DNA of 23,187 nucleotides from UHGV virus genome UHGV-0778869; one strand, written 5' to 3'. The translations under genes were made by a program, and so were the position numbers. The first letter of the stretch is position 1; each line of letters opens with the position of its first letter. Of the stretch, positions 1-7,928 are shown piece by piece. The notes beneath the pieces are model-generated. The model had not been told where the DNA came from. It did no database searches and saw only the letters and a list, made by a program, of their open reading frames with translations. The stretch comes from a virus.

Positions 1-280
1 AGCCAGTGATTGACGTTTCCACGCTCTGATAAGCCATCAATCATCATTTGCTCATGGTTCCACGTACAGCTCGGAACCAGGGGAATGTGATTAATTCCAG
101 ACATTCGACGTTCTCTGTACCGCGATCAACCAAATCGCCCACCGAGATAAGCAGGTCTTTTTTGGTGTCGAATCCTATCGTCTCCAGTTTTTTCATCAGG
201 TTCGTGTAGCATCCGTGCAGATCGCCAACTACCCAAACATTTCGGTATTTGCTGCCATCAATTCTTTCGTAATAGCGCAT
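1..280 (-). pseudogene. NinI-type Ser/Thr protein phosphatase (calcineurin-like), interrupted by a -1 frameshift
   Basis: Start ATG 280-278; product [25 protein letters not shown]...GDLVDRG...FRAVRG then TMSK-stop at 46-44. The adjacent frame reads [20 protein letters not shown] to the window edge, i.e. the GNHE motif and the rest of the enzyme are out of frame. Confidence 0.8.
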
Positions 281-464
281 CTCTTTCACTCCATCCGCGA
301 TGAACCATGAGAACGTCGTTGACGATGGCGTGCATTTTCCCGTCTTTATCATCAACGTATTTTCTTACCGTGCCGCGACTACATTTCAGTCTGCGTGCTA
401 CTTCTGTCTGGTTTCCGTATGCTTCAACGAGCATGTCTGGAATGGTTTTTACTGAGAACGTCAT
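258..464 (-). CDS. ninH: NinH (68 aa)
   Basis: Product [37 protein letters not shown]... matches lambda NinH as recalled; 23-nt overlap with the phosphatase start as in lambda. Confidence 0.9.
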   Translation of the reverse strand: MTFSVKTIPDMLVEAYGNQTEVARRLKCSRGTVRKYVDDKDGKMHAIVNDVLMVHRGWSERDALLRKN

Positions 465-1072
465 GCGGCCTCACTTCTGCTATTTCGCAGGTCTTTGAGT
501 TTCTGTTGGTACTCTGCCTTGATCGCCTTGCACTCTTCGATAGTCCAGCGATGGCGGCTATGGTTTGATTCGATTTCGTCTACTGCTTCCTGCCCGATGC
601 GGTTAATCAGTTCGACGCGATACGGAACGAGATTTCCGCTTTTGTGCTGGTTGCACACCACGCATTGCTTGTGAATATTGCGTTCATCAAATCGGAGTTG
701 AGGTGCCGCAGCAGTTGTCCGGTAATGTCCGGCATCCCACTGAGCAGACGTGAGCGTTCCGCACGAGATACATGGTAAGTCGCGGTCTCTTTCTCTGATG
801 AAGGCGTTTACGGCTTGTTGGGCTTGTTTAATCCAGTAACTGCGGGGCTTTAAGGCGAGTTTTCGAATCTTAAGTTTATCTTTCTGTTTCTGATCCTCTC
901 GTCGTCGTTTCTTCTCTGCTGCTTTTTCCGCTTTTTCGCGTTCTTTACTTCGTCGTTCGAGTGCTATCTTTGTTCCACACTCTGGAGAGCACCACCACTG
1001 ATTAGCGAATGCAGGGTGAAACCATTCCCGACATTCATTGTTTTTACATCGTCTTCGCGCTGGTTTAGCCAT
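461..1072 (-). CDS. ninG: NinG / Rap recombination-associated endonuclease (203 aa)
   Basis: Product [41 protein letters not shown]... with Cys-rich motifs, near-identical to lambda NinG as recalled; 4-nt overlap with ninH. Confidence 0.9.
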   Translation of the reverse strand: MAKPARRRCKNNECREWFHPAFANQWWCSPECGTKIALERRSKEREKAEKAAEKKRRREDQKQKDKLKIRKLALKPRSYWIKQAQQAVNAFIRERDRDLPCISCGTLTSAQWDAGHYRTTAAAPQLRFDERNIHKQCVVCNQHKSGNLVPYRVELINRIGQEAVDEIESNHSRHRWTIEECKAIKAEYQQKLKDLRNSRSEAA

Positions 1073-1241
1073 CGTCTTCTTCCTCGTACATTGAGCTATT
1101 CGGATCGCTCATCAGTTCTGCGCAGCAGTGCTCACACACGTGAACTTCCAGCACATGCAGCTTCTGACCGCAGTTAGCGCACGTTAAAGCTCGCTCGACG
1201 CTTTCTTTCTGGTATTGAAGGGATTGGGATGGGCTAAGCAT
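1065..1241 (-). CDS. ninF: NinF (58 aa)
   Basis: Internal ATG of ORF 1065..1298 gives [43 protein letters not shown]..., matching lambda NinF as recalled. Confidence 0.8.
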   Translation of the reverse strand: MLSPSQSLQYQKESVERALTCANCGQKLHVLEVHVCEHCCAELMSDPNSSMYEEEDDG

Positions 1242-1641
1242 GGCTTTCACCATTAAAAAGTCGCTTGTAAGCATCAATGTCTCGTTTTGCTTCACCAAGC
1301 TTTCGTCTTAATTCCCTGTTTTCTGATTCAAGCTTTTCCATGTCTTGCTGGTATCGATCGCGGTGTTCTTTCCATGCTTTTTGATACGCCTTCATGTATG
1401 TCATGTTGGCCTTTCTCTTTGCCTGACGAACTGCGTGGTGGTTTTTAACAAACCAGTCAGGGTCGTTAAATGCTGCTCTGGCGCATGTATACCAATAATT
1501 TGTTGCCTCCCTGTTTAGCCAATAAATACTGATAAATGGCAACCGGATAGACACCATTTTTCGTTGTGACTCTTTCTCGCCAAACATGTGGCCTTTTTTG
1601 ATGCTAAGTCCAAATCCAGGTTGAATTAAAAGCATTGTCAT
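1234..1641 (-). CDS. Hypothetical protein (about 135 aa) between ninE and ninF; C-terminal predicted coiled coil
   Basis: ORF 1234..1677; ATG at 1641-1639 overlaps the ninE stop (ATGA); alternative ATG at 1635 has a GAGGA SD. No family recognised. Confidence 0.5.
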   Translation of the reverse strand: MTMLLIQPGFGLSIKKGHMFGEKESQRKMVSIRLPFISIYWLNREATNYWYTCARAAFNDPDWFVKNHHAVRQAKRKANMTYMKAYQKAWKEHRDRYQQDMEKLESENRELRRKLGEAKRDIDAYKRLFNGESHA

Positions 1642-1814
1642 TTCCTCGCACGATGTCTTAGCCACCGGATATCCCACAGGTGAGCCGTGTAGTTGAAGGT
1701 TTTTACGTCAGATTCTTTCGGGATTGGCTTGCGTTTATTTCTGGAGCGTTTCGTTGGAAGGTATTTGCAGTTTTCGCAGATTATGTCGGTGATGCTTCGT
1801 CGCTGTCGTCTCAT
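1638..1814 (-). CDS. ninE: NinE-like small basic protein (58 aa)
   Basis: Product [58 protein letters not shown] resembles lambda NinE as recalled. Confidence 0.75.
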   Translation of the reverse strand: MRRQRRSITDIICENCKYLPTKRSRNKRKPIPKESDVKTFNYTAHLWDIRWLRHRARK

Positions 1815-2341
1815 GCCGCCATCCTGACGCCCTGCCCGATCGCCATCAATGCCGCTTTGGATACGGTAGTAAACATCCGTCGAGGACTGATGAACGGTCG
1901 CCAAATCAGCAGCATGGAGCCTTTGCTGTTTCCCTTCTTCTCCAGCCCTGTCGATGGTTCGATAAAATTAATCCGTCCATCAGTGATAATACGAACTTCG
2001 TCAACACTCTCCAGAGCCTTGCTGAACCATCCGACTGACATATCCTCTGGCACAAGCATCACTACCGTCTGTCGCTGTTGTATGCACTGCTCAGCGGCTT
2101 TTTCTACCCACGGCCTGATATTGCTGTACGGTGGGTTATTCCAGATTGCACCGTGGCTTACCCACTCAGAATTGAGCGCGTCGTCGGCCTCAGTTAGCCA
2201 GTGAGCGCACAGAGCATTTTTGTCGCTCGCAGCTGAGTCCAGCCAGAATCCAAACTCAATATCCAGTGCATCAAAAAGCCAAAGCGGCGTTTGCCAGCAG
2301 TCTCTAACTTCTTTTGGTGTTTCTGATTTATGCTTAATCAT
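1811..2341 (-). CDS. Phage Dam-family DNA N6-adenine methyltransferase (176 aa)
   Basis: N-terminal [18 protein letters not shown]...LDSAAS and catalytic NPPY ([10 protein letters not shown]) motifs; ATGA overlap with the upstream HNH gene. Confidence 0.8.
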   Translation of the reverse strand: MIKHKSETPKEVRDCWQTPLWLFDALDIEFGFWLDSAASDKNALCAHWLTEADDALNSEWVSHGAIWNNPPYSNIRPWVEKAAEQCIQQRQTVVMLVPEDMSVGWFSKALESVDEVRIITDGRINFIEPSTGLEKKGNSKGSMLLIWRPFISPRRMFTTVSKAALMAIGQGVRMAA

Positions 2342-2865
2342 TCAACCCTCGCATATTGTCCGTGATATTTGTTGATAGCCTCACTGGCAACCAAACCAGC
2401 AAGCTCAAGATCTTCATAGAACCCAAAATGCAACCGGCCAAAATCTGTGCGCACTTGAACGGCCCATTTATTTTTTTGCTTGTTCCATAAAACATTTTTT
2501 ATTCCAGAACGGCTATTGCACTTAGTTTTCTGATTTCGGCTGTTTGCTATCCGGCTTGCCTCCCTAAGATTTTTTGGGGAATTGTCCAGCCTGTTTCCGT
2601 TAATATGGTCAATATTTTTCAATGGCATTCTTTTGTTGTGCAGCGCAAAAACAACTACGTGAACAAACATCTGAATGCCTGCAAAACACACCTGTCTATA
2701 CCCAGATCCATTTATCGATGTTTTAATTTCATCTCCGGCCCGGTGGCTGTGGTTGGGGTGTTTTAGCGAGTCCTTTTTGTATCTGACTGTATCTCCGTCT
2801 AAATACAGATAATCCTCAATAAGCCGATACCTATCTGACGCTGGCGTATTTGATTTGATAGTCAT
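2338..2865 (-). CDS. HNH endonuclease with AP2-like DNA-binding domain (about 175 aa)
   Basis: HINGNRLDNSPKNLREASRIANSRN motif (HNH_3 type) followed by KNKWAVQVR...GRLHFGFYEDLELAG (AP2-like); start MTIKSN at 2865 overlaps the ninB stop (ATGA). Confidence 0.75.
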   Translation of the reverse strand: MTIKSNTPASDRYRLIEDYLYLDGDTVRYKKDSLKHPNHSHRAGDEIKTSINGSGYRQVCFAGIQMFVHVVVFALHNKRMPLKNIDHINGNRLDNSPKNLREASRIANSRNQKTKCNSRSGIKNVLWNKQKNKWAVQVRTDFGRLHFGFYEDLELAGLVASEAINKYHGQYARVE

Positions 2866-3302
2866 GCAGCCCGATCTCCCCATCGCGCTTTCCATTCGAG
2901 AGCCAGTCGCGCTTCGTCTGACCACTTAACGCCACGCTCTGTACCGAATGCCTGTATAAGCTCTAATAGCTCCGCAAATTCGCTTACACGCATCCTGCTG
3001 GTTGACTGGCCTATTACCACAAAGCCATTCCCGGCAAGGTTAGGAACAACGTCCTGCTGCTTTAATGCAGCTGTAAAAACGCACTTCCAGCTTTCTGCAT
3101 CCAGCCAGCGACCATGCCATTCAACCTGACGAGAGACGTCACCAAGGCAAGCCCAAAGCTTTCGATTCTGGTCTAAGCTGCGGTTGCGTTCCTGAATGGT
3201 TACTACGATTGGTTTGGTTGGGTCTGGAAGGATTTGCTGTACTGCGTGAATAGCATTTTGCTGAAGTGCTGGAGATCGAATTTCAAAGGTCAGTTTTTTC
3301 AT
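2862..3302 (-). CDS. ninB: NinB / Orf recombination mediator (146 aa)
   Basis: From internal ATG at 3302: MKKLTFEIRSPALQQNAIHAVQQILPDPTKPIVVTIQERNRSLDQNRKLWACLGDV..., near-identical to lambda NinB as recalled; SD GAGAGGGAAG upstream. Confidence 0.9.
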   Translation of the reverse strand: MKKLTFEIRSPALQQNAIHAVQQILPDPTKPIVVTIQERNRSLDQNRKLWACLGDVSRQVEWHGRWLDAESWKCVFTAALKQQDVVPNLAGNGFVVIGQSTSRMRVSEFAELLELIQAFGTERGVKWSDEARLALEWKARWGDRAA

Positions 3303-3316
3303 GACTTCCCTCTCCC

Positions 3317-3350
3317 CCAAATAAAAAGGCCTGCGATTACCAGCAGGCCT
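3317..3350 (-). terminator. Intrinsic terminator between helicase and ninB (tR2-like position)
   Basis: On minus strand: stem AGGCCTGC (3350-3343) / GCAGGCCT (3334-3327), 8-nt loop, then TTTTATTTGG. Confidence 0.7.
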
Positions 3351-3378
3351 GTTACAAGCTCAGTGATGTAGATGGTCA

Positions 3379-4815
3379 TCAGAATCCTCCTTTCTTCTTG
3401 GACTGCGGTTCCTCGCGTTCACGGCGGCGCATTTCAGCAGACTGTTGGTCTGTGTCATAAATAGCGCCATTTGCCTGAATGCAATACACCGTGCCGGTAT
3501 TGCCATGACGATTGAGACGAAGGATTAGTTCTGTTTCACCAGGTGGAACACTGTCATCAAAAGCACCTTCACGATGGATCCCCACCCAATAATCGCAATC
3601 CTGTTCAATCTGCCCTGTATCGCGCGAGTCACTTGGTAATGGGCGTTTATTGGTTCTGCTTTCCAGTGCGCGGTTAAGCTGTGTCAGAAGCACAACAACG
3701 CAATCAAGCTCTTTGGCAAGGTTCTTCAGTCCTTTGGTGATCATGCCGTAAGCAAGGTCGTTGCGATCGGCCTTCTCAGCGGTCATTAGTGTCAGGTAAT
3801 CGACCAGAATCATGCCAACACATCCTTTTTCTCGCTTGATTCGACGGCTTTCGCTGACGATTTGAGCCAGAGATAATCCCGGCGTGTCGTCGATGTATAG
3901 CAGGTCGATTTCACTCAAGCGATTGGCTGTTTCGATCGCCCTGTTGAAGTCACCATCGTAATCACCCTGATAGCCGTCATCAGCGTCATTTGTCGCCGGA
4001 AGGTAAAAAATATTCGGGTTAACACCTGACTTCTGTCCTACCAGTTTTTCCAGTATCTGGTCGCCTGGCATTTCAAGGCTGAACATCAGAGCGGGCTTTT
4101 TCTCATGCACTGCGCAGTTGATTGCCATCTGGCTGTATAGCGTCGTTTTCCCCATCTTAGGGCGAGCGCCAATGACAAACAGAGAGCCTTTCACCAGGCC
4201 TTTCGGTGACAGCATCCTGTCCAGCGATGGGATCCCTGTGCTCATTCCTCGTTGTTCGCCTGACGGATCAAATCGCTTCTCAAGGTCGCTAACCCAGTCT
4301 TCCATGACCTCACCAAATGAGCGAAGGCCGCGACGCGATCCGGTTTTTGCATGGTCTGTCAGTTGCGTGAAAATCGCCTGAATAGCTTCGTACTTCTGCG
4401 TTGCAGTCATTCCGTTGCGGGAATAGAGCAATTCCGTCGCTTCAGTCATGCGGTTGATGGCGTAGCGTTCCATTGCGGTTTCACGAACCTGCATTGCATA
4501 GGCAACGATGTTTGCTGCGCTTGGCGTGTTCTTTGCGATCTCAGCGATATAAGCAAAACCGCCAACAGACGCCGTTAACGATTTACGCTCCAGTTCATCG
4601 AAAAGCGTCAGGCCATCTACTGGCTTTTGCTCACGGTGCATTCTGGTTATTTCTTCGAAAATGATTTTGTGTGGTCGGCTGTAAAATGAATCAGGCTTCA
4701 GCATCGCCAGAACTTTCTGGACGCGCTCACTGCTGTCATCATCCAGAAGCAATCCACCAATCACCGCCTGCTCTGCCTCGATGCTATGGGGCGGCGCATA
4801 AAAATTATCGGTCAT
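3379..4815 (-). CDS. DnaB-type replicative helicase (P22 gene 12-like)
   Basis: ATG at 4815 with GAGGG SD; N-terminal SIEAEQAVIGGLLLD (DnaB N-domain), Walker A GARPKMGKTT, Walker B ILVDYLTLM; overlaps the O-like gene end by 11 nt. Confidence 0.85.
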   Translation of the reverse strand: MTDNFYAPPHSIEAEQAVIGGLLLDDDSSERVQKVLAMLKPDSFYSRPHKIIFEEITRMHREQKPVDGLTLFDELERKSLTASVGGFAYIAEIAKNTPSAANIVAYAMQVRETAMERYAINRMTEATELLYSRNGMTATQKYEAIQAIFTQLTDHAKTGSRRGLRSFGEVMEDWVSDLEKRFDPSGEQRGMSTGIPSLDRMLSPKGLVKGSLFVIGARPKMGKTTLYSQMAINCAVHEKKPALMFSLEMPGDQILEKLVGQKSGVNPNIFYLPATNDADDGYQGDYDGDFNRAIETANRLSEIDLLYIDDTPGLSLAQIVSESRRIKREKGCVGMILVDYLTLMTAEKADRNDLAYGMITKGLKNLAKELDCVVVLLTQLNRALESRTNKRPLPSDSRDTGQIEQDCDYWVGIHREGAFDDSVPPGETELILRLNRHGNTGTVYCIQANGAIYDTDQQSAEMRRREREEPQSKKKGGF

Positions 4816-5632
4816 CGTGTTCACCCTCACGAACTTTCAGGTAGGTATTATCGTTAAGCAGGAAATCAAATCCCTTTTTGTGCCAGACGGTTCCGCGTTG
4901 ATGGTTTTGGCGTTCTTCGAACATCCATCGGCAATTTTCGCCTACGTAGCTCAAATAATTTCTCCAGTCCTGCATCGTGAACCCATGCCCGTCAAGCTGG
5001 CGGGTTATCACTCCGGCTTTGCGCCAGAACGTTCGGATCTGGTTTTTACGCTTGTCATTCAGTGCGCGGATTCTTGGCGCTTCAGGAAGGATTTCGTGGT
5101 AAGCATCGACAACATCCTGACAGCTGACGGAAGGTTTTTTCTTGTCAGACTTTTTGTCTGCTGTGGCACTCTCTAATACGTCAGTATTAGAGATATTATT
5201 TATATTATTGTTTATGGACAACCGTTGGACAACCGTTGGACAATATCCGCTGAGAGCCGCGCCATCACTGGTGTTTGCGTTGGACAACTGTTGGACAACC
5301 GTTGGACAATTTTTTGCCTGAAAATCGTCATATTTAACGATTGTAAACAGGCTAAATTTCTTCCCCATCGAGCAAATATTAAGCATACCTTTCGACTCAA
5401 AAGTCCGTAATAAGCTCCGAACTTTGTTGTCGGGGATGAATGTTTCTCTGACCAGTGATGGGCGTCCAGTTATCATCTGACCGCGATCAACAGTTATCGG
5501 ACCGATATCCGTATTGACGACAGTAGATTCGTGATTAGCCTTGAGGATTAAGTGAAGCCAAAGATGTACTGCCTGAGAGTCCTTATAGAGCCTGCTGTCC
5601 ATAAACTGGCGGTGTATAGAGACATACCCCAT
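4805..5632 (-). CDS. Lambda O-like replication initiator containing the origin iterons
   Basis: Start at ATG 5632 (AGGAGG SD) or 5695 (AGGAG SD); iteron-encoded CPTVVQQLS repeats in the middle; C-terminal region resembles lambdoid O proteins. Confidence 0.75.
   Translation of the reverse strand: MGYVSIHRQFMDSRLYKDSQAVHLWLHLILKANHESTVVNTDIGPITVDRGQMITGRPSLVRETFIPDNKVRSLLRTFESKGMLNICSMGKKFSLFTIVKYDDFQAKNCPTVVQQLSNANTSDGAALSGYCPTVVQRLSINNNINNISNTDVLESATADKKSDKKKPSVSCQDVVDAYHEILPEAPRIRALNDKRKNQIRTFWRKAGVITRQLDGHGFTMQDWRNYLSYVGENCRWMFEERQNHQRGTVWHKKGFDFLLNDNTYLKVREGEHDDR
5213..5310. repeat. Origin iterons: six copies of 11-bp GTTGGACAAC(C/T) in two triplets (5213-5244, 5279-5310) separated by 34 bp, next to an AT-rich tract (5181-5212)
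   Basis: Direct tandem repeats read in the sequence, inside the O-like gene as in lambdoid ori. Confidence 0.8.
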
Positions 5633-5681
5633 ACTGGATGCCTCCTGATGTTGTACAGGGTTATGCCTGTAATCAGCTAAC

Positions 5682-5843
5682 TTAACGACGCCCATGTTTC
5701 ACTCCTGCTTTGGCTAGTCTGTAAACACCAACAAGGCGCTCTGCGAACGCCCTGTTATTTGCTGCGGCTACCACTAATCCCTCAGGTGAATCAGGGTGTC
5801 GAATCTCTTCTTTTTCCTGGTATTTCTTACGACGTTTTGTCAT
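5682..5843 (-). CDS. Hypothetical small basic protein (53 aa) between the cII-like and O-like genes
   Basis: ATG 5843-5841 preceded by AGGAG; MTKRRKKYQEKEEIRHPDSPEGLVVAAANNRAFAERLVGVYRLAKAGVKHGRR. Below the ORF-track size cut-off; found by hand. Confidence 0.4.
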   Translation of the reverse strand: MTKRRKKYQEKEEIRHPDSPEGLVVAAANNRAFAERLVGVYRLAKAGVKHGRR

Positions 5844-5877
5844 AATTACTCCTGTGGATTGATCCAGTCTTTCTACA

Positions 5878-6156
5878 TCAGGCCTCGAAGAATTCGCCGT
5901 TCTTCGGGGCTTTTTCTTTTGTCAGCATTCTGGCTACTTTCTTAGCCAGTTCCGCCAACTCCTCGTCTTCAACACCCCATTCAAGAACAGCAAGAAGCAT
6001 TCCCATTTTGGGGATGAAGCTGTCTTTCCATCGCGAAATTTGCGATTCATTAATCCCTAACGCGTCGGCAACCTTTCGCTGACCACGTACAGCAATTCGA
6101 TTCAGGATGTTGCTTGTAATTGCATTCGCTTTCTTGCGAGTACTTGTAAGTTGCAT
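5878..6156 (-). CDS. cII: CII-like transcriptional activator (P22 C1-like, 92 aa)
   Basis: SQISRWK and MLLAVLEWGV motifs shared with lambda CII; position between cro and O. Confidence 0.85.
   Translation of the reverse strand: MQLTSTRKKANAITSNILNRIAVRGQRKVADALGINESQISRWKDSFIPKMGMLLAVLEWGVEDEELAELAKKVARMLTKEKAPKNGEFFEA
6119..6132 (+). promoter_or_regulatory. Candidate pRE CII-binding site TTGC-N6-TTGC (TTGCTTGTAATTGC)
   Basis: Tandem TTGC tetrads 6 bp apart on the cI-sense strand inside the first codons of the cII-like gene, the lambda pRE arrangement. Confidence 0.6.
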
Positions 6157-6189
6157 ATGTAAGTATTTCCTTAACTAATAAGAAGTTAT

Positions 6190-6207
6190 GCGCATCAACT
6201 TATGCGC
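6190..6207 (-). terminator. Candidate tR1-like hairpin downstream of nutR
   Basis: Minus-strand RNA GCGCAU-AAGUUG-AUGCGC followed by AUAACUUCUUAUUAG; T-run imperfect. Confidence 0.35.
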
Positions 6208-6214
6208 GTTGTAT

Positions 6215-6258
6215 TCCCGCATTTCGGCGGGAATGAGGACCATGACTGTTAAAGAGCG
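6215..6258 (-). promoter_or_regulatory. nutR: boxA CGCTCTTTAACA plus boxB hairpin TCCCGC-CGAAAT-GCGGGA
   Basis: Read on minus strand between cro and cII-like; boxA resembles the E. coli rrn boxA; the identical boxA/boxB pair recurs as nutL. Confidence 0.7.
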
Positions 6259-6264
6259 GTGTTA

Positions 6265-6459
6265 CTATTTGTTTTTCTTGTTGCTTGGGAAAGGACGAAC
6301 TTCCTCTCCAATCACACTGCCATCAGGCTTTACCGTAACCATAATGTTACGGCCTGCCAGAATGGCCTTGCTGATAGCGCACTGGATTACACCAAAGTCA
6401 CTGGCTGCTTTAGCCTGTCCATGGATTTTGGCGTAATCGGCAAGTGTCATTCGAATCAT
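6265..6459 (-). CDS. cro: Cro repressor (lambda Cro fold, 64 aa)
   Basis: ATG 6459 with GGAGAG SD; product ...[41 protein letters not shown] parallels lambda Cro. Confidence 0.85.
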   Translation of the reverse strand: MIRMTLADYAKIHGQAKAASDFGVIQCAISKAILAGRNIMVTVKPDGSVIGEEVRPFPSNKKNK

Positions 6460-6488
6460 ATGCACTCTCCGTTATTAACCATGAACAA

Positions 6489-6559
6489 AGAATACTACAG
6501 GTATTCAAAGCAATCAATACTCAGGGTATTTTTAGTTTGAGTACCTTAGCTATTAGAAT
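6489..6559. promoter_or_regulatory. OR region: three 15-bp operators (6491-6505, 6516-6530, 6540-6554) overlapping divergent pR and pRM
   Basis: AATACTACAGGTATT, AATACTCAGGGTATT, AGTACCTTAGCTATT. pR on minus strand: -35 TTGATT (6517-6512), 17-bp spacer, -10 TATTCT (6494-6489). pRM -10 TAGAAT (6554-6559) would start transcription at the cI ATG. Confidence 0.65.
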
Positions 6560-6565
6560 TAAGCT

Positions 6566-7282
6566 ATGGAAAATAAAAAATCACTGACGACAGAACAGCT
6601 CGAAGACGCTAAGCGGCTTAAGGCTTTGTATGAGTCAAAAAAGAAAGAATTGGGAATAACCCAATACTCAATCGCTGATGAACTGGGTATCACCCAAGGA
6701 GCGGTAGGGCATTATCTTAATGGCAGAAACGCGCTAAACGTTGAGGTCGCATCTGGTTTTGCACGTTTGTTGCAAGTCTCAATTGCTGATTTTAGCCAGT
6801 CAATTGCTGCCAAGGTTGCAGAACAGGCAGAAAGCCTTAAGAGCGATGCCAACGTAAGGTATGCAGGGGAATACAGAGCAGGAAAGAGGTATCCGGTGTT
6901 AAGCAGTATCCAGGCTGGCTCGTGGTGTGAAGCATGCGAACCATACACCATTAAAGACATAGATGTTTGGCTTGAGTCTGACGCGCATATTCAAGGTAAT
7001 GCGTTCTGGCTTAAAGTGGAAGGTGATTCAATGACGGCACCGGTTGGGTTAAGCATTCCAGAGGGAACATTCGTTCTTTTCGATACCGGAAGGGAGGCGA
7101 TCAACGGCAGCTTGGTCATAGCAAAACTTTCTGACTCTAACGAAGCAACATTCAAGAAGCTGATAATCGACGGCGGAAATAAATACCTCAAGGGACTTAA
7201 TCCTGCATGGCCTCTCGTGCCAATCAATGGAAACTGCAAGATTATAGGCGTTGCAATTGAGACAAAACTAAGGCTGGTTTGA
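6566..7282 (+). CDS. cI: CI/C2-type prophage repressor (HTH plus S24 LexA-like autopeptidase, 238 aa)
   Basis: N-terminal HTH (ITQYSIADELGITQGAVGHYLNG); Ala-Gly cleavage site (SIQAGSW), catalytic GDSMTAP and FKKL; C-terminal half close to P22 C2 as recalled. Confidence 0.9.
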   Translation: MENKKSLTTEQLEDAKRLKALYESKKKELGITQYSIADELGITQGAVGHYLNGRNALNVEVASGFARLLQVSIADFSQSIAAKVAEQAESLKSDANVRYAGEYRAGKRYPVLSSIQAGSWCEACEPYTIKDIDVWLESDAHIQGNAFWLKVEGDSMTAPVGLSIPEGTFVLFDTGREAINGSLVIAKLSDSNEATFKKLIIDGGNKYLKGLNPAWPLVPINGNCKIIGVAIETKLRLV

Positions 7283-7299
7283 TCACGCAAGGGGCGATT

Positions 7300-7668
7300 A
7301 TGGTTGGAACCGCTATAGCAAGCTTTTTTGGGATGTTGGCAATCTCGACAATTTACGGCTTAGCGCATGCTTTTATTGCGAAATCTCTATCAGAAAAAAT
7401 AAGCCAGGCTTGGGCGCATAGATCAGCTCGTTTCATGATTCTGGTGATCATAGCAATACAAGGGATATCTGCATTTATCCTCTATGGATCAAGCTTATAC
7501 CTATTGTATCAAGGCGCGACATTTACGCCTTACACCAGTGATTACGGAACTCTATACGATGGTAGTGAAGACATCACTGTGGCTTGGATCGTCTTTGGTT
7601 TATCTATGGCCGTGTCTGTTGTAGCAGACATCATTAAGGTAATTATCGTCTTAACCTTCGCTGACTAA
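7300..7668 (+). CDS. Small polytopic membrane protein (about 122 aa) downstream of cI
   Basis: ATG 7300 with AAGGGG SD (alternative ATG 7279 overlaps the cI stop); three to four hydrophobic helices; same strand as cI. Confidence 0.6.
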   Translation: MVGTAIASFFGMLAISTIYGLAHAFIAKSLSEKISQAWAHRSARFMILVIIAIQGISAFILYGSSLYLLYQGATFTPYTSDYGTLYDGSEDITVAWIVFGLSMAVSVVADIIKVIIVLTFAD

Positions 7669-7754
7669 CCTATAATCCCGGCAGCAATAGCTATCGGGAT
7701 CCACTTCACATATCCCGCATAAAAAGCACTGAACAAGCAGACACCGAAAAAATA

Positions 7755-7841
7755 AATATCCTTTGTATTCATTTGCTTATCATTATTTCACCAAAAATAA
7801 ATACCTTGGGTATTTACACAATAAAATACCTACAGTATTCT
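7755..7841 (+). promoter_or_regulatory. OL region: three 15-bp operators (7755-7769, 7800-7814, 7825-7839) overlapping pL
   Basis: AATATCCTTTGTATT, AATACCTTGGGTATT, AATACCTACAGTATT. pL: -35 TTTACA (7813-7818), 17-bp spacer, -10 TATTCT (7836-7841). Confidence 0.6.
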
Positions 7842-7887
7842 TTAGCCATCAGCAGGACGCTGGAAGCCAAACGGAACAGATTGGCAG

Positions 7888-7928
7888 GCTCTTTAACATT
7901 GATGGGATTGTCCCGCCGAAATGCGGGA
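7888..7928 (+). promoter_or_regulatory. nutL: boxA GCTCTTTAACA (7888-7898) plus boxB hairpin TCCCGC-CGAAAT-GCGGGA (7911-7928)
   Basis: Same boxA/boxB as nutR, downstream of pL and upstream of the N-like gene. Confidence 0.7.

Noticed and set aside
1680-2204. ORF 1680..2204 (+), 174 aa
   Set aside because: Antisense to the methyltransferase and ninE genes; Ser/Cys-rich implausible product.
4118-5176. Plus-strand ORFs inside the helicase and O-like genes (4118..4381, 4351..4578, 4473..4664, 4817..5176)
   Set aside because: Antisense to strongly supported genes with recognisable motifs; no start signals.
6188-7290. ORFs antisense to cro and cI (6188..6436, 6259..6540, 6712..6960, 6991..7290)
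   Set aside because: They overlap clearly recognisable repressor genes and the operator region; no independent support.
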